NCBI RefSeq assembly: GCF_001194135.2
Contig: NC_068982.1
Span: 115,777,824-115,841,823 of the forward strand
Length of the DNA: 64,000 nt
Direction: 5' to 3'
Origin: Octopus bimaculoides
Lineage: Eukaryota
A model generated the notes under the pieces. It did not search any database, had not been told where the DNA came from, and saw only the letters and a program-made list of their open reading frames with translations. Every line of letters begins with the position of its first letter. The first letter of the stretch is position 1. Both the position numbers and the translations under genes were made by a program. This document shows positions 39,931 to 50,412 of the stretch, in pieces.

Positions 39931-42900
39931 TTAGGGAAGTTTAATTATATAATTATATATATATATATATATGTATGTATATATGAACAGTAAAAGAAAG
40001 AAAAGGGCAACACAGGAGGGACAAGGCTTAGTAAGTATTGAATAAGTTTAACACTTAAAAGGAAGGGGGAAAATCTTAGCATTTCAGAAGTTAGTCCTTC
40101 ATCAGAAGAAAGAGAAAGGTATAGCGGGGTGAGAAAGAGGAAACGTTTATATAAAACACTTCTATAGCCAAGACATGTTTTTGATGCTCACATAGTTATG
40201 AGTGTACACAGATACTCTCTCAATTCTCTGACTTTTGACTCAGAAGAACATAGAGGATGTGACAAATGAAGGGAGAGATGGCTGCATCAAACCGGGTTAG
40301 CACTTTCTTTATTAACCTTGAATTATGGGAGGGATAAATGGATTAAAATAATGAGCTTAAAATATTTAAATTAATTTTATATATCAAGTGGGAAATATAG
40401 TAAAATAGTGAAATTAACAGACTTCACACTTACCAGAGAAAAAGGTGTTGATTTTTGTCAGCTCTTTTTCACAGAATTGAAAAAAACTTTCATCAAACCT
40501 TGTGAAATATCTTTTGATAATAGCACTATCAGTAACTGCAGAGATATACAAAAAATACATGTTATTCACTCCCTTATTTCATCATCATTTAATGTCTGCC
40601 TTCCATGCTAGCATGGGTGGGACGGTTTCACAAGAGCCGGTCAGGCAGAAGCATGCATTTATTTATTTCCTTAGATAAATTATTAGAAAACTATGTCTAC
40701 ATAAAATGCACGACTGATAACACATATACAACAACATTTCTATTTTCAAAAATTGGTACTGAACTGACTTGGCAACACAAAGAACAAGGAAAAATATTGC
40801 ATTGAAAATGTCCATATTAAAGTCTATTTCGTAATTGTAGTGCAATTAATTGTTGCATGGGACAAATAATAAAAGGTTATTCTATGGAATACGCATTGAT
40901 TGATTATTAGAAGTGCAGAATTAGGCTATAGCATGACTGTTCAACAATGGTTTGTGCAGGAAGCTGAAAAGAAACATTATTTACATTTGATGGATATTTG
41001 TCCTCATCTTGTTTGTTGTTAACACAATGTTTCGGCTGATATACCCTCCGGTTGATAACCACTGATCTAAGGTTAACACATTAACTATAATCATCATATC
41101 ACTTTTAATCCTGAAAAGGCATGTGGCTCAGTGGTTAGAGCATTGGGCTCTCATGAAATAATGAGTTTGATTCCCAGATCGAGCTGTGTGTTGTGTTCTT
41201 GAGCAAGACACTTCATTTCACATTGCTACTGATTATATGTAGTTGATCAACCTACTAAAAATAGCAACCAAATCTCCCTCAAACTTCACCCTACCATATT
41301 AAAATGGTTGAATACACCAGATAACTTAAGCTTGTATATAATACACCAGAACTGAAGTCAGGATGGTCATGTCTAGAATGTTGTTTGGACAATAAATCAG
41401 GGGGAGCCATAACAGTTGAATACTAAGATACCATAGGAGTACACAGGAAATGTGAGTGAGCCAGCAAAAAGGCTCTATATGTTTGCTTGAGTTGTTAAAA
41501 ATAATAGCTAAATGTTTCTCTAATCCAATCTTACTGTCTTAAAAGTGAAGAACACATAGTATTGTTGTTGGCACTCCGTCGCTTATGACGTCGAGGGTTC
41601 CAGTTGAACAGCCTGCTCGTGAAATTAACATGCAAGTGGCTGAGCACTCCACAGACACGTGTACCCTTAACGTAGTTCTTGGGGATATTCAGCGTGACAC
41701 AGTGTGACAAGGCTGACCCTTTGAATTACAGGCACAACAGAAACAGGAAGTAAGAGTGAGCGAAAGTTGTGGTGAAAGAGTACAGCAGGGTTCGCCACCA
41801 TCCCCTGCTGGAGCCTCGTGGAGCTTTAGGTGTTTTCGCTCAATAAACACTCACAACGCTCGGTCTGGGAATCGAAACCGCGATCCTATGACCGTGAGTC
41901 CGCTGCCTTAACCACTGGGCCATTGCACCTCCACACACATAGTATAATGCAGTCTGAAATGCATATTGGCTGAGAAAAAAAAATTATCATGAAATGAATG
42001 CCTTTGATCATAGGCCTGCTGGGGTTAAATAACAACAACTTGAATGAAAATGTATCAGGAGATATTCAGAATATTAATATGGGATTTTAAAATGCTGTAC
42101 CTCTTATATGAGGTGTGTTCAAATAGTGTCTGACTATTTTTTCTGCCAAAACTAATGCCACATGGACAAAATCCTTTGGGTGGGAGGTAACATCACTCTT
42201 CCTGCACACACATGAAAATTTTTGCACCAGAAAGCCATGTCAGTTCTTGGCTGTTATGCCAAGAATACTAACATGTAGTATGCATTCATCAAACTTAGGC
42301 TTTTACCAAACGCAACAAGCAGAGATATTGCATCAAGTTTTACCAAAAGTTTGGTGATACACCAGCTCAAACCATCCAAAAGATTCAGCAGGCTTTTGAT
42401 GATGATGCCACTGGCATAACTCAGAGCAAAGAGTGGTACAACTGCTTCAAACATGGCTATATTTAAGTGGAGAGCAAGGTACACTCAGGCAGATCATCCA
42501 CAAGCTGAAATGAGGAGCCAATTGAGAAGGTTTGGCAAATAACCATGGAAATCCATCATGTAACAATCCAAGAAATTGCTCACAAAGTGTGAATAAACAC
42601 AGGATCAGTGCATTTCATTTTAATGGAGGATTTGTGCATGTGGAAAGTGTGAGTGAAATTCGTCCCCATGGTGTTGGTGGAGCAGCAGAAGTAACTCTGC
42701 ATGGAAATCTCTCAGGATATGCTGGACTGTACAAATCATGACCCAAACTTCATGAAGACTTTTATCACTGGTGACCAGACATGGGTTTATGATTTCTGCT
42801 TGATGTCTTCAGTAATCTTGTGTGAACACAAAAATCCAGCAAGTGTAACAGCTGGGAACTGATGCAGCTCACTAGCACAGAAATTTTCATGCATGTGGTG

Positions 42901-45900
42901 GAAGGGTGGCATCACCCCCCCCCCCCCACACACTCAAAGGATTTTGCCCACATGGTATTAGTTTTGGTGGTAAGAAAATTAAGATGGATATCTTTTTGAA
43001 TGCACCTCATATAAGATGGTACAGTATCAAGGTGATAGTAAGGTGAGAAAAGATATTAAAAAAATGATAATTATAGGGATGATAATGTTAATGATGAAGA
43101 TGATGTTGATAATGATGATAGTGATAACCATGATAACAATGATGGTAGTGATGATAATGAATGGCTGGTATGAGATTCTGATACCAAAATAGCTTCATTC
43201 CAGGCATTTCCATTATATCATGAAACTTCATTTCAGCAATGATGGAAAGGGGGACGGAGGCATGTGAAAGGAAGAAAGAAAGGATCAGAGTTCTGTATAA
43301 CATTATTATTTGTAAACATTATGTTTCCTTCCATTAGCAATATCCTGAATCATATGTTACAGTGGTTTATAAACAACATATGTACTAGTCTGACATATTC
43401 TTCTATAATGTTGATAGCATGTTAAACTACACACACAGAGCTGGAGAGCTCCACCTACATGGGGTAGAGGTATGGTTTGCTAAATTGACATACCTAGTAT
43501 GGAATAAAGGTGTGGTCTGCTGAATTTTACTCACTCTTGTATAGAATACAGGGGTGATGTACTGAATTATTTATACGCTTCATATATAGGCAGGGTATAG
43601 TCTGCTGAATTGACTCACCTCTGTATCGGGTAGAAGTGTGGTCTACACAAATTGCTTGATCCGTTACTGATACTTATTTGAATGTTAAACATTATAAGCA
43701 ACAGTTTCAGAAAGAAAATTAACATTGTCACACTGAAGGAATTTGAACTCTGTATCTGTTACTTTCTGGACGACTACATTACTGATTATGCAACAGAACA
43801 CTTGCACTGTATAAACAGTACCTGTATTGCTGGATACATTACAGAACACCTGTAATATCTATCCAGTAAGTGTCTTACTTGATACATAGCAGAACACCTG
43901 TATTGTATAACCAGTAATTACATTACTAATTATACTACAGGATATCTGCACTACATAAGCAATAACTGCATTACTAGTTACACTATAGATCAACTGCAAT
44001 ATAAAATCAGTAGCTAAATTAATGATTTCACAATAGAAAACCTGCATTTTATAACCATAACATAGTTGTCAGGTAAGCAATAACTATATATTCCATATCC
44101 TGTCAGAGAGCCAGCCAGTCTCTAGACAGTATTTATAATGTTTATTGTTATTTATATTCAAATCTTCACAGTTAATAATTTGATATATATTTTATTGACT
44201 CAAAAGAGGTCAATAAAATATGTAGTAGACTTCAGTGAGATTTGAATTTATAATGTAAAAAGACAAAATCCCTACCAATTCACCAAGCTAGAGTAAACTG
44301 TACTTTACACTGTAAGTTGCTTGGCTAAGATCTAGGTTAATGGAGCAGGGACGACCTGAAATTTAGGAGGGTAACTTTTCAAGGTAACCTTTGAAAGTGA
44401 AAATACTAGGATTGGCATAATGATCATATCAATGATGATAGGATGGGGATGGAGGTTTAGAAGAAAGAGTAACAGAAAAATAGATCAGATAACTAACCCA
44501 AATAGTTATAGCCTGCAAAGGATATAATATATTTCTATCATTCCATACTACAGTCAGACAAAAGGCTGATTTTTACAGAAACTGGGTATAGTCACTTGCA
44601 TTGATTCTTAGTATGCTACTAGTATAAACTGCCTGCCTATAGGTTCTACCTGCCTCTCATCTTTTTGATTAGTGGCTTCCTATTAGATCACATTATCACA
44701 GCATGCACTGTCAGAGCTCTCTCTGATTCACCTTCTGTTAATTCTGGTTTACCTGAAAGTTCAGTTTTCTCCTTCATACCCTTTGTCCTATATGTCAATG
44801 ACATTGCTATTATTTTCAATAACACTCACTCTTTGCAGATGATACACTCTCCTTCATACTTCCCTATATCAGAGCATCATCTGTATGAAACTCAGACATC
44901 ACACATGGAATCAACCTTAACTTTATAAGCAGAAACCTCAAAAACATTTTCTAATGGGTTTCTACTAATCTTGTCTCCTTCAACAGTACAAATACACAAT
45001 CACATATCAACAAAACATTACTCCACTTACACTTCATCTTGCCTTAAACACAAGCAGCACATAACTAGAGTCCTTCTAATAATTCAAATGCTAAGTTTTG
45101 AGCAGATCTCTCCTGCTAAATTCACATTCTTCATGTAGCAAATACATAGCTCAAAGATTGATTTCTCCCTTCTGGGCAGAACAAAAACTAACCCTCTCAA
45201 AGTTCAGTTGAAACCAATAATGGAATGCTGCTCCCACATTTGGGATGGTGCTGCTGCTACACATAAAATATCACAGTTTATATCCAAAGAAAGACTGCTC
45301 AACTGATTGGTATGAAGTTACTCAAAACATTACTGTCTCCTCCTCTCTCTACCTATTCTACTACAGCTGTAATAACTTCTAGAGCTCTGTCCTGGTTGGT
45401 CTCATGTCACACTGCTCAGGCATTTTCAATTTACTTGATTCTCTTCTTTCTCTCCTCACCCATGCGTTCAACCTCTTCAGATCATATACTAACAGCTATA
45501 CTCAATCCTTTCTTCACAGAATGTTGACCTATGAAAATTCTCTCCCAGCAGTCATCAATTTTAGAAAAATTTAAGCAGAATTTTAACAATATCAATTTCA
45601 GTATCTGGAGGATTTTGAAGGCCAAGGGCACAGGCTCTTGTGGGATATTTTGTATATAGTGGACTTGTGGGATGTACTGTATAAGTGAACTTGTGGGACA
45701 ATTTGTACAAAGGGAAATCATGAAAGATGGCAGAAAGAGGAATTATGAGACATTTTTGTATTATGCAGGTAGTTGTAGGATACGTTGCAAAGAGAAGTGT
45801 GGGGTGCTTTAAAACAAAGGAAATATGTGACAGAACAATTGGTTTTAAGACAATTAACAATGGCTTACCTTCAGATGAGGGTGCCTGTTCTTGTGCCTCA

Positions 45901-46198
45901 TACAGCATATTCTTCATTACCTGTAAAGTGATAAAGAACCAGTTGAATTTTTTATTTGATAACAACAATATTGAACAAGGAAAACTGAATAACTGGAGAT
46001 TATTTGGGTGTTAATAAGAAACTAATTCCTTAAGTTGTCAGGACTGTCTTCAGTCACCAGATAATTATTATTACAGAGTCTAATACACTTCACACTTGGG
46101 AAATACTTCTGTCCTCTCCTCTATGAAGTAGCTGTGTCAACATCTGTTATTAGTTATGAAGAGATGCCATAGCAATAGATAGTTGCCAGGTGTATGTC

Positions 46199-46297
<99 letters not shown>

Positions 46298-47316
46298 GTT
46301 TAGGCTTGTAGTTTAAGTATGTAAAACAAATAATAAATATCTTTAAAGTCTTGAAGGTAGTTTAAGGGTTAATGTTACTCTCTCCATAACCATTTCTTAC
46401 AATTGTAAATCTGTTTCATTCATTATACTTTACTCTCTCTCTCTCATCATCTCACCTCAAATCATAACATCTCTCCAATTCTCCTTCAGTTATAGGAGCA
46501 CCTTTAGTCTTGCAAGTTGCTGATGCCACAATTAAAAAGTATATCTATCAGTAGAAACCATACAAAAACAGACGTTGGAGCATGATGCAGTTCTCCAGCT
46601 TGTCAGATCCTATCAAGCCAACTAACTCATGCCAGCATGGAGTGTTGACATTAAATGATGATGATGATATAATGCTGAGCTTTTATTTCTAGGATAGCAG
46701 TGTATCAGACAAAAATCAATTACTGGATACATCACTAGTTTATATTAGACAACATCCCTATAGGATTCAGTGTGAAAGTTGTACAAGAACCAACAAACAA
46801 TTATTCTTTCTTAGCACAAGAGTCTATCCTCATCAAGCGGATCTATAATCAAAGAAATTCCAGCTATTATCATCCTATTTTTTCCCTATGTGCAGGGAAC
46901 CCAAGATCACATTATTTAACAGGTCCATTTTTTAAGATGGTAGGTTGTGATTTGAGGGAAATTTGTTTGATATTTCTAGCAGATCAGTTGATCATATAGA
47001 GGCTCCCTCATTAATTTGTGGTGGCCAGGTGTCATAAGGTAGTAATGCAAAATGGTGTTCCACCTGTAACATTTTTGAACAGAAGACATTTGAACAAGTC
47101 ACCCAAAATATTCTCATATAATCAGTCATTTCTCTTTGATAATTCAGAAATGCAAATAGTTTTGAGAGTATGATGTGCTGCAAACTAGAAGACTGGTAGA
47201 AGTTAGTTGAGATGGAGGTGTTGATGATGATGAAGTGAGAATCTTACCTCATACTGAATGTATTGCTTCCGCCACTCAGGCGTGATGTGAGCTGCAAGAT
47301 GTTCAGCAAACTTCAT
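16607..47316 (-). CDS. XPR1: XPR1 / SLC53A1 phosphate exporter (SPX + EXS domains), 15 coding exons, about 690 aa if the gap-hidden exon 10 is 150-170 nt
   Basis: Manually spliced exons with GT-AG junctions and consistent phases translate to [23 protein letters not shown]..., [35 protein letters not shown] (SPX), [73 protein letters not shown] (EXS). These are hallmark XPR1/SYG1/PHO1-family motifs. Confidence 0.98.
17641..18000 (-). mobile_element. Short copy of the RTE 3' UTR/tail (similar copies at ~24450-24775 +, ~27975-28515 +, ~40570-40650 -, ~46550-46670 +)
   Basis: (CAT)n-CGTTTAACGTCCGTTTTCCATGCTAGCATGGG...CTGGATGCCCTTCC is the reverse complement of 27640-27780. Confidence 0.8.
18556..18738 (-). 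CDS. XPR1: XPR1 coding exon 14 ([30 protein letters not shown]...); donor at 18556 or 18568
   Basis: TTTTACAG acceptor and invariant EXS C-terminal motif. Two phase-2 donors are possible (CG|GTATAT, AG|GTTCAT). Confidence 0.93.
19480..21030 (-). mobile_element. 5'-truncated HERO-like (REL endonuclease) non-LTR retrotransposon, frameshifted
   Basis: ORF 19957-20811 has [28 protein letters not shown] knuckle [23 protein letters not shown] and [11 protein letters not shown]...K..RY. The next frame ends [12 protein letters not shown]. About 300 bp of 3' UTR follows. Confidence 0.85.
21247..21380 (-). CDS. XPR1: XPR1 coding exon 13 (134 nt; [22 protein letters not shown]...LEVFR)
   Basis: TTTCAG acceptor, GTGAGT donor, phase 0 to 2. 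Confidence 0.96.
21698..21743 (-). ncRNA. Second hammerhead copy with GAAA changed to AAAA (predicted inactive)
   Basis: Minus strand reads GACAC-CTGACGA-A-GGCTG(gagtgtatat)CAGCC-AAAA-CGTT-GTGTT. Confidence 0.7.
21813..21885 (-). mobile_element. tRNA-like Pol III head (A and B boxes) plus (AAT)n, embedded in the PLE 3' repeat
   Basis: A box TGGTGTAGTGG (21880-21870), 7-nt loop CTACTAA, B box GAGTTCGATTCC (21837-21826), followed by an (AAT)n run. Confidence 0.75.
22661..22706 (+). ncRNA. Minimal type I hammerhead ribozyme (intact core) in the PLE terminal repeat
   Basis: GACAC-CTGATGA-A-GGCTG(gagggtatat)CAGCC-GAAA-CGTT-GTGTT. Stem I GACAC/GTGTT, stem II GGCTG/CAGCC, palindromic AACGTT in place of stem III, GUU cleavage triplet. 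Confidence 0.8.
23652..23872 (-). CDS. XPR1: XPR1 coding exon 12 (221 nt; EKHAALPD...[10 protein letters not shown]...[11 protein letters not shown])
   Basis: TTGACAG acceptor, GTGAGT donor; EXS motif WD.KMDWGL. Confidence 0.96.
25071..25265 (-). CDS. XPR1: XPR1 coding exon 11 (195 nt; [31 protein letters not shown]...KMYK)
   Basis: TTTCAG acceptor, GTAAG donor, phase 1 to 1; EXS motifs QCLRRY and NAGKY. Confidence 0.97.
25595..25676 (-). CDS. XPR1: XPR1 coding exon 10, 3' part only ([27 protein letters not shown]); 5' part lies in the gap
   Basis: Matches the SLSVILMDLEYMICFY region. The phase-1 GTAAG donor fits exon 11. The expected ADFWLADQLNS segment was not found elsewhere in 26622-29824. 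Confidence 0.88.
26622..27780 (+). mobile_element. RTE-clade LINE 3' portion: RT C-terminus with Cys-rich insertion, long 3' UTR with short tandem units and (GAT)n tail
   Basis: [13 protein letters not shown]...[47 protein letters not shown]. 3' end GGAAGGGCATCCAG...GGACGTTAA(TGA)n. Confidence 0.88.
29825..30004 (-). CDS. XPR1: XPR1 coding exon 9 (180 nt; [18 protein letters not shown]...[10 protein letters not shown])
   Basis: TTTCAG acceptor, GTAAG donor, open 60-codon hydrophobic frame with INP..RFWL motif. Confidence 0.95.
31385..31580 (+). mobile_element. RTE RT fragment, degenerate
   Basis: [15 protein letters not shown] motif. Confidence 0.65.
32269..32456 (-). CDS. XPR1: XPR1 coding exon 8 (188 nt; [20 protein letters not shown]...HQQLLE)
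   Basis: TTTCAG acceptor, GTCAGT donor; conserved [18 protein letters not shown]. Confidence 0.96.
33703..33781 (-). CDS. XPR1: XPR1 coding exon 7 (79 nt; [26 protein letters not shown], first TM helix)
   Basis: TTTTCAG acceptor, GTAAG donor, phase 0 to 1. Confidence 0.95.
35052..35132 (-). CDS. XPR1: XPR1 coding exon 6 (81 nt; [27 protein letters not shown])
   Basis: ACAG acceptor, GTATAT donor; conserved [11 protein letters not shown]. Confidence 0.95.
38079..38180 (-). CDS. XPR1: XPR1 coding exon 5 (102 nt; [34 protein letters not shown])
   Basis: TTGCAG acceptor, GTAAAT donor, phase 0 to 0; aligns by eye with vertebrate ILETSRGADWR...LISETE. Confidence 0.93.
39171..39451 (-). CDS. XPR1: XPR1 coding exon 4 (281 nt; [10 protein letters not shown]...[11 protein letters not shown])
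   Basis: TTCACAG acceptor, GTAAG donor, phase 1 to 0; contains the SPX lysine cluster. Confidence 0.97.
40434..40535 (-). CDS. XPR1: XPR1 coding exon 3 (102 nt; [33 protein letters not shown])
   Basis: CTGCAG acceptor, GTAAG donor, phase 1 to 1; SPX helix motif EKELxKINxF. Confidence 0.96.
40972..41049 (-). mobile_element. Solo 3' fragment of the same PLE terminal repeat (partial hammerhead)
   Basis: Near-identical to 21650-21727; truncated in loop II, so it lacks CTGATGA. Confidence 0.8.
41562..41933 (-). mobile_element. tRNA-derived SINE family C, young copy
   Basis: Minus-strand head GGAGGTGCAATGGCCCAGTGGTTAAGGCAGCGGAC...GGTTTCGATTCC; many CpGs retained inside a CpG-poor intron. Confidence 0.75.
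42109..43009 (+). mobile_element. Second copy of the same deleted mariner family
   Basis: Same TIRs and TA TSD; remnant reads ..IQEIAHKV...[11 protein letters not shown]...KF...[10 protein letters not shown], then jumps to the right TIR. Confidence 0.85.
44650..45620 (+). mobile_element. Degenerate Jockey/CR1/L2-type LINE RT and 3' region (related fragments at ~6170-6560 + and ~35860-36400 -)
   Basis: [10 protein letters not shown]...FVLYVND (GVPQGS/YIND-like) and [20 protein letters not shown] occurs at ~6250. Confidence 0.6.
45869..45920 (-). CDS. XPR1: XPR1 coding exon 2 (52 nt; [17 protein letters not shown])
   Basis: TTTACAG acceptor, GTAAG donor, phase 0 to 1. Confidence 0.95.
47248..47316 (-). 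CDS. XPR1: XPR1 coding exon 1 (69 nt; [23 protein letters not shown])
   Basis: ATG at 47316-47314 and GTAAG donor after 47248. An acceptor (TTTCAG) at 47350-47348 implies a 31-nt 5' UTR segment and at least one upstream non-coding exon. Not in the ORF track. Confidence 0.97.
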
Positions 47317-47389
47317 GCTGGATAAACTATCTCACAGTGTAAAATATCTGAAATATATACAATAGAGAGAAAAATACACTATTATGTAA

Positions 47390-47622
47390 CAACAACAACA
47401 ACAATAATAATCCTTTCTACTAAAAGCACATGGCCTGAAATTTGCGGGAGGGGACTAGTTGATTACATCAACCCCAGTGTTTCAATGGTACTGTATTTAT
47501 GGACCCAGAAAGGATGAAAGGCAAAGTTGACCTCAGCGGTATTTTAACTCAGAATATAAAGACAGATGAAATGTTACTAAGCATTTTGTTCAGTGAACTA
47601 ATGATTCTGCCAGCTCACTGCC

Positions 47623-47654
<32 letters not shown>

Positions 47655-48150
47655 CCTTTCTACTATAGGCACAAAGCATGAAATTTTAGGGGAGGGGACT
47701 AGCTGATTACATCAACCACAGTGTTTCACTGGTATTTAATTTATTGACTCTGAAAGGATGAAAGGCAAAGTCAACCTCGGTGGAATTTAAACTCAGAATG
47801 TAGTGGCAGACAAAATACCACAAAGCATTCTCAACACTTTCATCCACCTTTCAGAAAACTGGCTAGAAGACAACACTTCCTTCTCTACCCTTATTTTCTT
47901 TAGGCACCTCACTGCCTTAAAATAATAATAATAATCCTTTCTACTATAGGCACAAGGCCTGAAATCTGGGGGAAGGGGTAAGTCAATCACATTGACCCCA
48001 GTACTTGACTGATACTTAATTTATCGACCCTGAAAGGATGAAAGGCAAAGATGACCTTGGCGAAATTTGAACTCAGAACGTAGTGATAAGTGAAATACCG
48101 CTAATCATTTTGCCTGGTGTGCTAATGATTCTACCACCTTGTTGCCTTAA
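47390..48150 (-). mobile_element. Three head-to-tail copies of SINE family B immediately upstream of the XPR1 ATG exon
   Basis: Three GAAAGGATGAAAGGCAAAG cores (~47507, ~47751, ~48032), each paired with an (AAT)n tail. Confidence 0.85.
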
Positions 48151-49502
48151 AATAATAATAACAACCATGTTACATGGACATGCGATGGCTTGAACAGAAA
48201 TGAAGCCATTGGATGTGCAATGTTAGTGAGCATGTATGACAGAGTGGAAGTGTTTTGAGAGAAAAATTGGACATAAGAGGCATCAAATGTAGTGTGCAAG
48301 GGAGAAAAGTATGCTGGTATGGTCATGTGATGTGTATGGATGAGGACAGCTGCATAAAGAAGTGCTTATCTATAATTGTGGAAGGAACCTATGGAAGGGG
48401 TAGACCCAGGAAGACGTGTGATAAAGTGGTGAGAAATGATCTACCCTTATTTTCTTTAGCAAGTGAAACTTGAAGAAATTCATCAGGGATTGGTCAAAGA
48501 GAAAAGTGTTTGTCTTCAGCCTCTTCAATCTTGTCCACCATACAACATCTTTTGCAATGGCCACCAAGCATATAAAAACAGCCTTTCCTTTATGGTTAAA
48601 GGAAGACAGCAGGGTGATCTTCACAATGGATTCAGTTGACAGCTGGATCCATCCTACATGTGACAGCAAGTGTTTGACATAAACCCACAAGTCAGCAATG
48701 CTCAGGCACTAGACGAGTGCTTGCAGGACAGTCTTGTCGTCCTGCATACATCTTGGACATGCTTGGCTGGTGGCACTTCCATGCCTGAAAAGTTTTTCTC
48801 AAACAGGCAAAGCTCTCCGATAGCATTGCCAGGCTAGAGATTTTTGAAATTATCCATTGGTCCCGGCCTGAAAGTTCTCCGGGAAAGAGCAACTAGCTGA
48901 TCTTCTTTGATATCCAAAGTCTCCCCAAGAACATCATTGCATTTTTCCTCCACTAATCCTCCTTAAAAAGATAAAGTGGATGTTCCACCTATCGCACTGT
49001 CTGATTGACTGAGGGTTGTGAGCACTTCAAGACATTCTACTTTCCAAATGTTCCCCGTTGGTCTCCGTTTTACCCAGGACTGCAGCTCCGTTAAAGAAAC
49101 TAGTTGTGGAAATACATGTCTGGTGAACGGCGACCACACCTGTTCATCATCAAGGAAGCACTGGAGATGTCGTAGCCTCAGCGCATGTCCGCGCATCATC
49201 AACCGCAGCATGTCCAGGCCACTACGCAGCAGGTGCTGAAAGTAGATAGCCCACCTGACCATCAGGATGCTTCCCTTCTACAAGAAGTGGAAGAGTATAT
49301 GTTCCAGTGTAATCAGATGGTGGCCAGGACAAGGCATGAAAGTCAAGTGATAGTAGATGACGGACGTGACATACGCGTTAGCCACCTCTACCTGACCTTT
49401 GAGGGGTAGCTTTCTCTCGACCTATTTCTGGGTGAGAGGAGTCACCCTGCTCATTACCTCAGTTTCTATCCATATGGAGGTCTGGACCGAACCAGACCCC
49501 AA
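47831..49502 (-). mobile_element. 5'-truncated L1/Tx1-clade LINE ORF2 (RT thumb + zf-RVT), split near its 3' end
   Basis: Joined frames read GVWFGPDL...W.ERKL.LKG.VEVAN.Y..SVIYY, ALRLRHL, a CPRC...HAL..C-type zinc finger, and FFKFHL-LKKIRV-EKEVLS. 47904-48439 interrupts it. Confidence 0.82.
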
Positions 49503-49990
49503 GCAATAATGATAATAAGAAGAAACAGGAAAAAACAGGAAAAAAACCTTTTCAATACCATCAAGTTTGTGACATGGAGGAAATATTTACTAACATTTCA
49601 GGTAGCTCCGTTCATTATCTTAGATGATACTATCACTCTTCCAAAGCACACTTAACAAAATATTTCTCTTTTTATTGAGAACTGTTTCTTGTCATTTATA
49701 AAGACAATTACAGATAATTCCTATGAATTCTTGAGGTAATATTATAATTTTATATTAGTCAGTCCACTCTCAGCAACACCAAAACACTTCTCAACTTCTG
49801 TATTAACAACATCTTAAAAACAACCTTCTTAAGCATATCCAGAGATGTTGCCCATACTTGCTAAGATGTTCTTTTTTTTGTGCACATGATGTCACTGGAC
49901 AGCTCCCTTAGTTCATTGCCTTAATAGAAGTTCAAGTTAGTTTCAATGACAAGAACAGATTTAAATAAAAATATCTACAGTTAACTAAAA

Positions 49991-50412
49991 GGTGCAGGTG
50001 TGGCTGTGTGGTAAGAAGCTTGCTTCCCAGTTACATGGTTCTGGGTTCAGTCTCACAGCATGGAACCTTGGGCAAGTGTCTTTTACTATAGTCTTGGGCT
50101 GATCAAAGCCTTGTGAGTAGATTTGGTAGACAGAAACTGAAAGAAACCCATTGTGTATGTGTGTGTGTGTGTGTGTGCGCGTGTGTGTGCACCTTTGTAT
50201 TTGAATTTGTACTCCCTTTCATTGCTTGGCAACTGGTGCTGGTGTGCTTACATGGCCATAACTTAGCAGTTCAGCAAAGGTGACCAATAGAATAAATGCA
50301 AGGCTTAAAAACATAAAAAGTACAGGGATTATTGATTCATTCAATTAAAAATTCTTGAAGGCGGTGCCCCAGCATGGCCACTGTCTAATGACAGAAATAT
50401 GTAAAAGATAAA
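49991..50412 (+). mobile_element. tRNA-derived SINE family A (OR-type octopus SINE-like), full length; other copies at ~7196-7570 -, ~2085-2200 +, ~12825-12965 +, ~15275-15352 -, ~34047-34260 +, ~52500-52565 +
   Basis: GCAGGTGTGGCTGTGTGGTAAGAAGC (A box), GGGTTCAGTC (B box), CCTTGGGCAAGTGTCTT core, central (GT)n. Confidence 0.8.
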
